In this document: piece by piece, positions 1 through 7,705 of the stretch
Position numbering within the stretch: the stretch's first letter is position 1
Layout: each line of letters starts with the position of its first letter
DNA from: an uncultured virus (IMG/VR IMGVR_UViG_3300050508_000301)
Lineage: Duplodnaviria > Heunggongvirae > Uroviricota > Caudoviricetes
Reading direction: 5' to 3' (one strand)
Length of the DNA stretch: 20,000 nt
Virus record (IMG/VR): IMGVR_UViG_3300050508_000301
The notes under the pieces: model-generated
Told to the model about the DNA's origin: nothing
What the model saw: only the letters and a program-made list of their open reading frames with translations
The model's database searches: none
Made by a program: the position numbers and the translations under genes

Positions 1-205
1 CCGGAACAGGGAACTTACGGGATGGGTAGGATCGTGCGACATTGACCGTGAGCTGACCCTCTCCCTCGCAGCAGTTAGCGGCTTCAGGCTCAATGCCTGG
101 CACCAAACATCGACGAGCTGGGCACCCAGCTTCCGTCAACTGGAGTTTAGCACAGGCGCAGTCGAGTAGCAAGCCCCCGACCCGGTAGATCTTGGTGAAG
201 TCCAT
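1..205 (-). CDS. Putative tail-completion/neck protein, partial (runs off the window start)
   Basis: Not in the ORF track; translated by hand from ATG 205: MDFTKIYRVGGLLLDCACAKLQLTEAGCPARRCLVPGIEPEAANCCEGEGQLTVNVARSYPSRKFPVP..., open to the edge. Starts 3 nt after the adaptor stop. Function inferred from position only. Confidence 0.6.
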   Translation of the reverse strand, partial: MDFTKIYRVGGLLLDCACAKLQLTEAGCPARRCLVPGIEPEAANCCEGEGQLTVNVARSYPSRKFPVP

Positions 206-208
206 GCT

Positions 209-1009
209 TCACCCCTGAAGCCTTGCTGGCATGTGGTCGGGCGAATAGGCTCGTGCCCGGTCCTGGATGGCCCGTGGGTTCATCTGCCTGATGAAGAGAT
301 CGGCCAAGAAAACCCCGGTCAGGTTATCCACTAGAACATCCTCAGCCCGGATCCGCTCCATGGTCACACCTTGACGGACCACCTTCTGCACCTCGAAGGA
401 AAGCCCACATTCCATCCCGCTGCAGGCCTTAGCAATCTCGAGAGCCAGCGCTCCGACGCCCATCTTGCCGGATTCGGGCACTGGCGCACCGATGGAAGTC
501 TCGATGATCCACGAACCGGGACCGCCCGTTACCGTGAAATCCTGACACAGGGGCCATTCGTGGCCACCCATCCGGACCAGGCGCTGACCATCGTAAACCA
601 GATAGTCGACGTTGGGAAGCAGAGCAACTCCGTCGACTGTTACTGAGGTAATTTCGTTGATCGTCTCAGACAGCAATACTTCAGATACTGCTGAGCACGA
701 GCAGTTGTCTCCGCATTGGCCGCAGGCGAGGTTAAGCCAGATCCCGTTTACGAGGGAAGGGTACGGCCAACCCCAATAGCTGCCTCGGGTCAGGACACCG
801 TCCGACCAGATGGTATCCTGGGGCCATTGGGTATTGCAGTCCTTACGGCAGGGCCGAATCTTGACAGCGCAGTTACCGAACCGTCGACCTGTTGCTGACC
901 ATAGGATCTCTGAAGCAGCCATGACCGCTGATCCGGTGACCGCAGGGTTCACCCCTGCGAGATCACCGCACCAGATGTAAGGCCATGGCTGACACAGATC
1001 CGAATACAT
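209..1009 (-). CDS. Head-to-tail adaptor protein (266 aa, Cys-rich)
   Basis: Motifs ASEILWSATGRRFG, IRPC, CGQCGDNCSC, WPLCQD, LALEIAKAC, VVRQGVT, ADLFIRQMNP resemble actinophage adaptors that follow this tail-tube type. TGATG coupling to the tail tube stop. Confidence 0.7.
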   Translation of the reverse strand: MYSDLCQPWPYIWCGDLAGVNPAVTGSAVMAASEILWSATGRRFGNCAVKIRPCRKDCNTQWPQDTIWSDGVLTRGSYWGWPYPSLVNGIWLNLACGQCGDNCSCSAVSEVLLSETINEITSVTVDGVALLPNVDYLVYDGQRLVRMGGHEWPLCQDFTVTGGPGSWIIETSIGAPVPESGKMGVGALALEIAKACSGMECGLSFEVQKVVRQGVTMERIRAEDVLVDNLTGVFLADLFIRQMNPRAIQDRARAYSPDHMPARLQG

Positions 1010-1674
1010 CAGGCCAAGGCCGCAGCACCGCAGCCCGTGAGTGCCGGCAACGGCAGAGGTGCCAGGTTGAACCCGTAGTGCGCTAGTGGTGGCACCGACG
1101 AGATCCAGTCAGGCGATGCCCCTGGACCTGTTCCCCAGCCGGTATTGGCTGCAGCGGTCTTAGCAGACAGCTGCCACTCGAGCGTGCCGTCCTCGATGGT
1201 GAAGTCATTGAACCTCCCCGCAAAGAGGTTGGGCCAAGCCCAGTAGGCCCGCAGAGGGTTGGCACCGACGCAGGCCGTCCCTGCTACCGCCTGCCAAACC
1301 TCCAGGCTGAACCGCTGCTCCACGCTGCCCTCGAGAACCCAGAAACCGGTACCAGTCACTGGCGCACCGGTCGTAATGACCAGCGCTCCCGTGATCAAGT
1401 TCACGACATCCGGATCGATGGCACAGAACTGAATGGTGAGGTTCGATCGGCGGAACTGGTCGGGACCAACCTCGTTCACGCAGAAGGCGCCTTGGGCGTT
1501 GCGCAGCGAGTAGTCGGTACCATCCTCGTACTCCTGCGAGACCTCGACCTGCACGAAGCCGTCGGTGACCACCAGACCACCAGCACCCGTGACCGGCAGA
1601 CCACACGAGTCGAGCCGAATGATCCGCATGCGGGTACCACGGATCGGGGCAGCGCACAAAGTAGGTTGTGCCAT
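1009..1674 (-). CDS. Major tail (tube) protein (221 aa)
   Basis: Start moved to ATG 1674 (MAQPTLCAAPIRG), preceded by GGAGGGAAC. IRGTRMRIIRLDSCG, VTDGFVQV, NAQGAFC, FSLEVW motifs and position after the capsid genes fit an actinophage tail tube. Confidence 0.75.
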   Translation of the reverse strand: MAQPTLCAAPIRGTRMRIIRLDSCGLPVTGAGGLVVTDGFVQVEVSQEYEDGTDYSLRNAQGAFCVNEVGPDQFRRSNLTIQFCAIDPDVVNLITGALVITTGAPVTGTGFWVLEGSVEQRFSLEVWQAVAGTACVGANPLRAYWAWPNLFAGRFNDFTIEDGTLEWQLSAKTAAANTGWGTGPGASPDWISSVPPLAHYGFNLAPLPLPALTGCGAAALA

Positions 1675-1682
1675 GTTCCCTC

Positions 1683-2570
1683 CTAAGTTCCGAGCGTACC
1701 CGTTGTAACGCCCGTGATACTGATCGGTATTGCGAAATGACAGCAATCCCAGCCGATGACGTAAGTGCGTTCAGCGACCAGAATCACATCGTTCTTGCTG
1801 CGGCTCAAAACATCAGCCGGTCGAGCCGCCGGGACTTCGATCCCTGACCTTCGGATGGTCACGGCACCAGTCCCGTAAATCCAGCGCAGACCCGCACCAG
1901 GGCTTCCGGTTGGTGCGACGGGACTGGATCCCGGGTAACCGGCACCAGCCGCAATCAGGTGACCCGACGGACTCCGGAGCTTGGCGCCGTCCTTAGTGAC
2001 CAAGTTCCACGCCGTCATGTGCGTAAGCACACTACGGGGAACGTGCAGGACGCCCTCGTTGCCGTAGCAAGACGACAGGGCTTCCTCGAGCAACGCCACG
2101 CCTTCGACGACGTCCACAGCACCTGAGACCAGCACTGTTGCTGCGGTCTGCTCGATGGTGCCATCAGAGCCGGTAATGGGGGTGCTGGCTGCCAGATGGG
2201 GAGTTGTGCCAGCCGCACCGGTCCAGAACTCGCCCTCGACCGTCCGAGCCTCGCCGGAGGTCAGGGCTGCGATTGCTCGACGCTCCGCCTCCCCAATATA
2301 CCCGATGGGACTACAAACCGGCATCGAGTAAACGGTGAACGGGTTGCTGCCTCGAAGACCCATCGTCTCGGTGGGCATTTTGTCCGCAGGTGGTGCCGGA
2401 CAGTCCATTGTGGTGATATTGGCCTGAGTGCAAGTATCCGGCTCGAACCGTACACCAAGCTGCCAATGACTATCAGAATCCTCGATCGGTTGAGCGACCG
2501 ACATCAAGCCGTATGGCAGGAGTGTACGGACAGGCGACGCAACAAGCTTTCTCGCTGCTGTCAGAACCAC
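1683..2570 (-). CDS. Second capsid protein, likely major capsid pentamer protein (295 aa)
   Basis: GTG start with AAAGGAGG RBS, directly after the GGWCAPS-type MCP. PFTVY, GVLHVPR, GAGY, WIYGTGAV, N...VAERTYVIGWDCC motifs. Confidence 0.65.
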   Translation of the reverse strand: MVLTAARKLVASPVRTLLPYGLMSVAQPIEDSDSHWQLGVRFEPDTCTQANITTMDCPAPPADKMPTETMGLRGSNPFTVYSMPVCSPIGYIGEAERRAIAALTSGEARTVEGEFWTGAAGTTPHLAASTPITGSDGTIEQTAATVLVSGAVDVVEGVALLEEALSSCYGNEGVLHVPRSVLTHMTAWNLVTKDGAKLRSPSGHLIAAGAGYPGSSPVAPTGSPGAGLRWIYGTGAVTIRRSGIEVPAARPADVLSRSKNDVILVAERTYVIGWDCCHFAIPISITGVTTGTLGT

Positions 2571-2607
2571 TGTCCGTACACCTCCTTTCCGTTAGGTTCG
2601 AGTGCTA

Positions 2608-4365
2608 TCAGACCAACGTGCAGCTGGTCTGGTCGGCAGCACCCGTCCGGCCATTCACGCAGAACGGAACCGTGACGTTGCGGGAGTCGTGACCGATCTT
2701 GGCGACGAGCTTGCATTCCTCAGTCCAAGCGGCCGTGTGATCGTTCTTGGCGTTGAGGGTGCTGTCTCGTACCACACCGAGTTCCAGATCGAGACCGTTG
2801 CCGACCACGAAGGTACCAGCAGCCATGATCAGGAAGCTGACGGTCGCCGGCCATGCGGTCGCCGGGGTGGTGAAGCCCGGAGTCCCTGAGGCGCCGACCT
2901 GCCAGTCGGTAACGAACTGGACTCGCACATCTCGGACGTCGAAGTAGTTGCCGATCTGGGCATCGGAGATCGCCAGGAAGTTCTCGACGCCACTGCGTCG
3001 AGCGAGATCCGAGCGGATGGCGTTCCGTGCCCAACGGGGCAGAACCACTTCGAGCACGTCGTTGTCGCACATGCGATACCGTTCACGGTAGTCCGCAACC
3101 TGCAGGTCGATGGCACCCAGCAAGCTCGTGGTGATCGGGTTGCCAGTAGCGCCGATCGAAACCGCAGTGGACTGCGACACGATGTCGGCGATGATCCGCT
3201 GGTTGATGACGTGCCGGTGCGCCGCCATCACGAGCCGCAAATAGTTGCGGATGACCTCGGGATAGGCCGACTCGGTCAGGTTGCCTGCAGTGATACACAG
3301 ACCGTGGCAGTCGAGCCGCTCCTCCGAGAAGGTCGGGCAGGGGACTCGAACGCAGGGCTTGGTGCCAGCACCAGTCGCAGCCGAGATGTCGTCGGTCTCG
3401 GTCCAGAGCCAGATGTCGTCGAGCGCATCAGCGATCGAAGGCGACACCGGGAACCGGATACCGCCACGCTCGATGCCGACCGTGGGGACGTCCAGGATGC
3501 CGTCATCGCAGACGATGTTGAAGAAGTCGTAGATGATGGACGATGGGGCACACCACCCGCCCGCAGCGACGAGGTTCGCCGGATCGGCTGCCCGTCGCAT
3601 GATGTCCCAGATCTTCTCAGGAGCTGCCTCCCGATCGAGGACGATGTCGAATTCCTTGCGGATGGTGGCGACGGTCGCCGGACCGCTCGGGTTGCCTAGC
3701 GCCTTGGCCCGGCGATGGACGGCCTCGGTAAGCTTGTCGAGGTCGTCGAGCGGACGGCCAGCCGAGAAGCTCGGCACGTCCGGTGCGACCAGGACCATGG
3801 CGCTGGATCGTGCGCCAAGCTCGGGATCCGGGGCACGCCTACGCACCTCGGAGAGCGGAACGTTCAGCCGAGGTCGCCGGATGACCAGGGGTGCGGTGGG
3901 GGCCGACGCTGTGACCGCAGGTGCGGGGGTCGTCGGAGTGATCACCGCATCGGGGGTGACGACCTCTTCGGTCTCGGTACCAGCGGTGACCGTCTCGGCA
4001 GCGGCCGTTTCGGTCGTAGCGGCTTCCTCGGTCTCTTCCTCGGTCTCGCCCGCCAATTCGGCGGCGAGAGCTTCGGCTCGTGCGTCCAGCTCCTGGCGTT
4101 CGGCTGCACGCCGCTTGACCTCAGCACGCACACGCTGCACAGCGAGCTTGATGGTCTCAAGCTCAGCGATGTTGTCAGCGTTGAGCTGCTGGGTGCCCGT
4201 GCGGATAGCATCGAAGGTGGCGAGAAGCTCACCCTCCATCGACTCCAGCTCAGGATCGGGCGTCTCGGTGAGATCCTGAGGGATCTCAACGCTATCTTCG
4301 GCTTCCTCTTCGGCCTGGTGCTCTTCGAAATAGAAGATCCACGACCGACTCGTCAGGCCCTTCAT
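2608..4365 (-). CDS. Major capsid (hexamer) protein with N-terminal acidic coiled-coil/scaffold-like extension (585 aa)
   Basis: GGAGG RBS at 4380-4376. LVAAGGWCAPS, RGGIRFP, KPCVRVPCP, EVVLPRW, VQFVTDWQ, LELGVVRDSTLNAKNDH motifs as in mycobacteriophage cluster-B-like MCPs. Acidic helical N-terminus and a Thr/Pro/Ala linker. Confidence 0.9.
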   Translation of the reverse strand: MKGLTSRSWIFYFEEHQAEEEAEDSVEIPQDLTETPDPELESMEGELLATFDAIRTGTQQLNADNIAELETIKLAVQRVRAEVKRRAAERQELDARAEALAAELAGETEEETEEAATTETAAAETVTAGTETEEVVTPDAVITPTTPAPAVTASAPTAPLVIRRPRLNVPLSEVRRRAPDPELGARSSAMVLVAPDVPSFSAGRPLDDLDKLTEAVHRRAKALGNPSGPATVATIRKEFDIVLDREAAPEKIWDIMRRAADPANLVAAGGWCAPSSIIYDFFNIVCDDGILDVPTVGIERGGIRFPVSPSIADALDDIWLWTETDDISAATGAGTKPCVRVPCPTFSEERLDCHGLCITAGNLTESAYPEVIRNYLRLVMAAHRHVINQRIIADIVSQSTAVSIGATGNPITTSLLGAIDLQVADYRERYRMCDNDVLEVVLPRWARNAIRSDLARRSGVENFLAISDAQIGNYFDVRDVRVQFVTDWQVGASGTPGFTTPATAWPATVSFLIMAAGTFVVGNGLDLELGVVRDSTLNAKNDHTAAWTEECKLVAKIGHDSRNVTVPFCVNGRTGAADQTSCTLV

Positions 4366-4503
4366 GCGGTAGTGACCTCCGTCGGGGTGTGAGAACTAAA
4401 ACCACGACTGGAGGGTTCACACCGCTCCGCTTAGCGCATGAGCCTTGAGCTGCACGCCCGGAGTCGCTACTCCGTAAGCCTACCTATGGAAAAGCCTGGC
4501 AGT

Positions 4504-4533
4504 AGTATAGCACAGCGCCGCCTCGATCGTCAA
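4504..4533 (-). promoter_or_regulatory. Promoter for the capsid-tail module
   Basis: Minus strand TTGACG(4533-4528)-N18-TATACT(4509-4504), with GTGC extended -10. Confidence 0.7.
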
Positions 4534-4572
4534 GCACTTGACAAAAAGGCAAGGATGTGTTAAAATTAATAT
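4534..4572 (+). promoter_or_regulatory. Leaderless sigma70-type promoter P1
   Basis: TTGACA(4538-4543)-N17-TAAAAT(4561-4566)-N6-ATG(4573); same architecture at 10227 and 18597. Confidence 0.8.
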
Positions 4573-4845
4573 ATGAGGAACACCGAGACCGCCCGAAAGA
4601 TCGCCAACGAGACCCTGACCGCCGACGGTTGGACTTACAACGCAGAGACGGCCGAGTACACCCACACCGACGGTCGCCGTGGCCGCCTGGCCTTCATCCC
4701 CGCAGACGCCACCTCCGCTGTCGACGCCCGCAACTTCGAAGTCGGTCGGGTCGAGCTGCACCAGCCGGGTCGCCGCCCCACCATCGAAGACCTCCGGAAC
4801 CGGGTCAACACCGCTCCGGCACCCATCGTCGTCGTCGAGTTCTGA
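4573..4845 (+). CDS. Hypothetical protein (90 aa), antisense to the structural genes
   Basis: Starts at the predicted +1 of P1, has strongly C/G-ending codons, and fills a gap between minus-strand genes. Confidence 0.75.
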   Translation: MRNTETARKIANETLTADGWTYNAETAEYTHTDGRRGRLAFIPADATSAVDARNFEVGRVELHQPGRRPTIEDLRNRVNTAPAPIVVVEF

Positions 4846-4848
4846 AGG

Positions 4849-4992
4849 ATGATCACCGACCGCAATTGGTCGATCGGGGAGACCTACGTCGACCAAGCAG
4901 GTAACACCTGGAAGGTCACCCGACTCGAGACCCTCCCTATCGGCACCATTCCCTGGGTGATCTGCATCGAACGAGCGAAGGGGCGGGGATAA
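4849..4992 (+). CDS. Hypothetical protein (47 aa)
   Basis: Hand translation MITDRNWSIGETYVDQAGNTWKVTRLETLPIGTIPWVICIERAKGRG*. Starts 3 nt after the upstream stop; its stop lies in the terminator loop. Confidence 0.55.
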   Translation: MITDRNWSIGETYVDQAGNTWKVTRLETLPIGTIPWVICIERAKGRG

Positions 4993-5010
4993 CCCCGCCC
5001 CTTCAGTTTT
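4977..5010. terminator. Intrinsic terminator, probably bidirectional
   Basis: Perfect 12-bp stem GAAGGGGCGGGG-ATAA-CCCCGCCCCTTC followed by AGTTTT, between convergent genes. Confidence 0.8.
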
Positions 5011-5368
5011 ACCTGACGGGCCTAGGAACAGGCGCAGGTGCCGGTTCGTTGGGCGCCAGCCAAACCCCCGCAGCGACAAACGCTGCGATAGCCACGTTCA
5101 ACCACAGCGACCCTGCCATCTTCTGACCATTGGCCAGATACCCGGCCAGCAGCCCCAAACCACCGAGAGCGGCTGCTGTGATCGATTTGCTGTAGCTCCA
5201 CAGGGGCAGCCCCAGGTTGGCAGTGATGTACACCTGGAACGCTGTGAAGCCTGCAATCGCCACCTGAACCCACTCGGGGTTGGTGATCTTGTCGTCGGTC
5301 CATGCGGCGGCGATAGCCATCACAACTGCGCCGACCACGGCGACGACACCTTTCATGTATGCACTCAC
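5009..5368 (-). CDS. Holin-like membrane protein, ~4 TM (119 aa)
   Basis: GTG 5368 with AAGGAGG RBS and GTGA overlap. Two copies of a Y.K...hydrophobic...W..VAIA...V...N module. Confidence 0.6.
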   Translation of the reverse strand: MSAYMKGVVAVVGAVVMAIAAAWTDDKITNPEWVQVAIAGFTAFQVYITANLGLPLWSYSKSITAAALGGLGLLAGYLANGQKMAGSLWLNVAIAAFVAAGVWLAPNEPAPAPVPRPVR

Positions 5369-6060
5369 GCAGGCACCTCCTTGGTGCTTCGCTTCCACGG
5401 CTTACCTGCAGTACTGTCGAGTGGCGAATCCCCAACCGAATAATGACAACGCCACGTCCGCTCCGGCACGTGGACAAACTTAGCTCCGATATCCAGCAGA
5501 CGGAGCCAGCCGCCCCAGTCCTCGCAATCCTCCCGTGGCCACTCCTTTGACCCGGGAGTTGGAAAGCCGCCGGAGCGCTCTAGAGCCGCCCGCCGTACGA
5601 CCGCTGTAATCGGGATGAATGCATGCCGACGCATGTGCCGTGCTTGCTCGGGTCCGAACGGGACCCCTAGCGGGTGAACCAACTGACCGTTGTGCATGAC
5701 TGCTAGAGCGTCAGGTCGTTCGGGTGTGGCCTCGGGCCAGCCAACCAGCTCGAACCACGAGTACACTACATCGGCGTTCGTAGCCTTCGCTGCGCTCATG
5801 CATCGAGCGAGATGCTGCGGTAGGAACTCATCATCATCATCGAGGAAAGCAACATAGTCGGTTGAGGCATTCCGCCAGGATTTGTTGCGAGTAGGCCCGG
5901 CACCATCTCCGTCCTCATCCACTATAACATGGATCTGGTCGGGGAATCGGGTCTGCTGGTTGACCGATGCTAACGCCCGATCGAGTAGCGCTTTACGAGG
6001 CGGAATCGTAGGAATGCAAACCGCTACGGTAAGCGGCTTGCGAGCCTTGGCCTGTCCCAT
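5365..6060 (-). CDS. Glycosyltransferase family 2 (231 aa)
   Basis: VAVCIPT, LDRALASV, GAGPTRN, VAFLDDDDE (DxD), EDW motifs of GT-A/GT2. Confidence 0.9.
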   Translation of the reverse strand: MGQAKARKPLTVAVCIPTIPPRKALLDRALASVNQQTRFPDQIHVIVDEDGDGAGPTRNKSWRNASTDYVAFLDDDDEFLPQHLARCMSAAKATNADVVYSWFELVGWPEATPERPDALAVMHNGQLVHPLGVPFGPEQARHMRRHAFIPITAVVRRAALERSGGFPTPGSKEWPREDCEDWGGWLRLLDIGAKFVHVPERTWRCHYSVGDSPLDSTAGKPWKRSTKEVPA

Positions 6061-6245
6061 TCCACTCTCCAGCGTAGTTGCCTAGAATCACACCCGTGCC
6101 TCGAAACCAGGGTATGCTGTGCCTGTTCGAGCTGATGCCGAGTCACCTCCGGGTATTGGACTATTGCATCTGGTAGTGCGAACGCAAGCCCATGCACTAT
6201 GCTACGCCGACTGCCACCATCGCAATCGATGAACACAGTTACCAT
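6024..6245 (-). CDS. Hypothetical protein (~73 aa)
   Basis: ATG 6245 (MVTVFIDCDGG) overlaps the upstream GT stop and fills the gap, but overlaps the next gene by 37 nt. Confidence 0.4.
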   Translation of the reverse strand: MVTVFIDCDGGSRRSIVHGLAFALPDAIVQYPEVTRHQLEQAQHTLVSRHGCDSRQLRWRVEWDRPRLASRLP

Positions 6246-6805
6246 CGCTCCGGCCGCCCTGAGGTGTTCTTGCTGTCGTGATGCCAGAACCACGTCACCT
6301 CATCAACATGACGGAACCGAGCACCCAGCGCATCGAGTTGCATCCAGAACGCCCAGTCCTCGCCCGAGTTGTCAGCATTCGGGATCGGCTCCGGGAACGC
6401 ACACTGCTGCGCTAGCTCATTGCGCACCAGCGTAGTCATTGGGAACGTGAACGGACTGGCGGAGTCCCATTGCCGGCCTCGGTTCATCGGTACCGGGTCG
6501 GTACCGCCCACTACCTGGAACCACGGCCAAACTACATCAGCTTCGAACTCCAAAGCGGTGTCCAGTAGCGTCGACAGGTGGTGGCCCATCAGCTCGTCGT
6601 CATCGTCGAGAAACGCCACCCACTCCGTGGTAGCTGCCTTCAGCGCTCGAGTACGGGTCGGCCCAGCACCCAATTTGCAATGATCCACGGCAATGGAATA
6701 CGCATCGGGTTGACATACCTGGGCTGTTGCTGAATGGACAGCTCGAGCCAGCAGCTGACCACGCACGGGGATCGAAGGAATCACCAGTGTGATTTCGTCA
6801 GCCAC
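6239..6805 (-). CDS. Glycosyltransferase family 2 (188 aa)
   Basis: GTG 6805 (MADEITLVIPSIP) with AAGGAAG upstream. GAGPTR, WVAFLDDDDE, GEDW motifs. Confidence 0.9.
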   Translation of the reverse strand: MADEITLVIPSIPVRGQLLARAVHSATAQVCQPDAYSIAVDHCKLGAGPTRTRALKAATTEWVAFLDDDDELMGHHLSTLLDTALEFEADVVWPWFQVVGGTDPVPMNRGRQWDSASPFTFPMTTLVRNELAQQCAFPEPIPNADNSGEDWAFWMQLDALGARFRHVDEVTWFWHHDSKNTSGRPERW

Positions 6806-7067
6806 CAGCCGCTTCCTTTCGTAACTCTGCGGCGATAGCTTGCGCATGGTCTGCACATCGACGTTGCAGAAGACCGTCCAACCGATCCATAGTCATCGTT
6901 ATGATTTCGACCATCTCAGGTTCAGAAATCGGATGGGTCTCCGTAACCCTCGCCTCATCGCCCTCGCCGACCACCAGCCCCTGCATCCTGGTTACCTGCA
7001 CATGGTGAATCCGTACGCCGTTATCCTGGATGATCGTGACAATCTCAGCGAAGTCAATCACTATCAA
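6798..7067 (-). CDS. Hypothetical protein (89 aa)
   Basis: TTG start overlapping the upstream stop; tiles the operon without gaps. Confidence 0.5.
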   Translation of the reverse strand: MIVIDFAEIVTIIQDNGVRIHHVQVTRMQGLVVGEGDEARVTETHPISEPEMVEIITMTMDRLDGLLQRRCADHAQAIAAELRKEAAGG

Positions 7068-7705
7068 TGCTCCTGCGCCCAGATCAAGCCGTCCTGACCG
7101 GCTGCTTCATTAACCCACGGGGTCTGGCTTATCGTGGTGGAAGTATAGTGCACGGCTCCCACGCCCTGCAATACTCCCACCAAATGCCCGGCTGCATTCA
7201 TCTTCCAGATGAGATCGTCGTCACCGTACCAGATCCGGTAACGGGGGTCGACGTCCTGCCACATCGAGACCCGGACCATAAAGCACCATTGCAGGAAGCT
7301 CCTGCGATTACCGATCTGATGACTGACCGCCGTGACCTGACCCGGGGCTACACCAAAATGAGTCTCACCCACGCTCATAGCGCCGAACTGAGGGTTGGCG
7401 TCCAGGGCGTCCGCCAGCGCTCGAGCTGTGCCAGGGTAGATCTCAATGTCGTCATTGCACAGGACTAGGTAGTCAGCTTCAGCTGTTTTAGCTGCCTTAG
7501 CGGCTCGATTCCATTCTTCGTAGATGGAAAGACCCGGTAAATGCTGCATACCCCACATTAGCCTGGGGTCGATATCCAACTCGAAAAGCTGCTCCGAATT
7601 GACGTATACCCTAACATCAACATCGTCATCGATCAAGCGCTCGATCAGCGCCGACAACCATGGCGATTTACCGATACTTGGAATACAAGCGTGAATCACG
7701 CTCAT
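7064..7705 (-). CDS. Glycosyltransferase family 2 (213 aa)
   Basis: ACIPS, EEWN, YLVLCNDDI, WCFMVR, DPRYRIWYGDDDL, VHYTSTT motifs. ATGA coupling. Confidence 0.85.
   Translation of the reverse strand: MSVIHACIPSIGKSPWLSALIERLIDDDVDVRVYVNSEQLFELDIDPRLMWGMQHLPGLSIYEEWNRAAKAAKTAEADYLVLCNDDIEIYPGTARALADALDANPQFGAMSVGETHFGVAPGQVTAVSHQIGNRRSFLQWCFMVRVSMWQDVDPRYRIWYGDDDLIWKMNAAGHLVGVLQGVGAVHYTSTTISQTPWVNEAAGQDGLIWAQEH

Noticed and set aside
3533..4392. Long plus-strand ORFs (248 and 225 aa) over the MCP
   Set aside because: Antisense shadows of a GC3-biased gene; Ser/Ala-rich with no motifs or RBS.
4480..5079. 199-aa minus-strand ORF
   Set aside because: Runs through a terminator and two promoters, and shadows the promoter-supported plus-strand genes.
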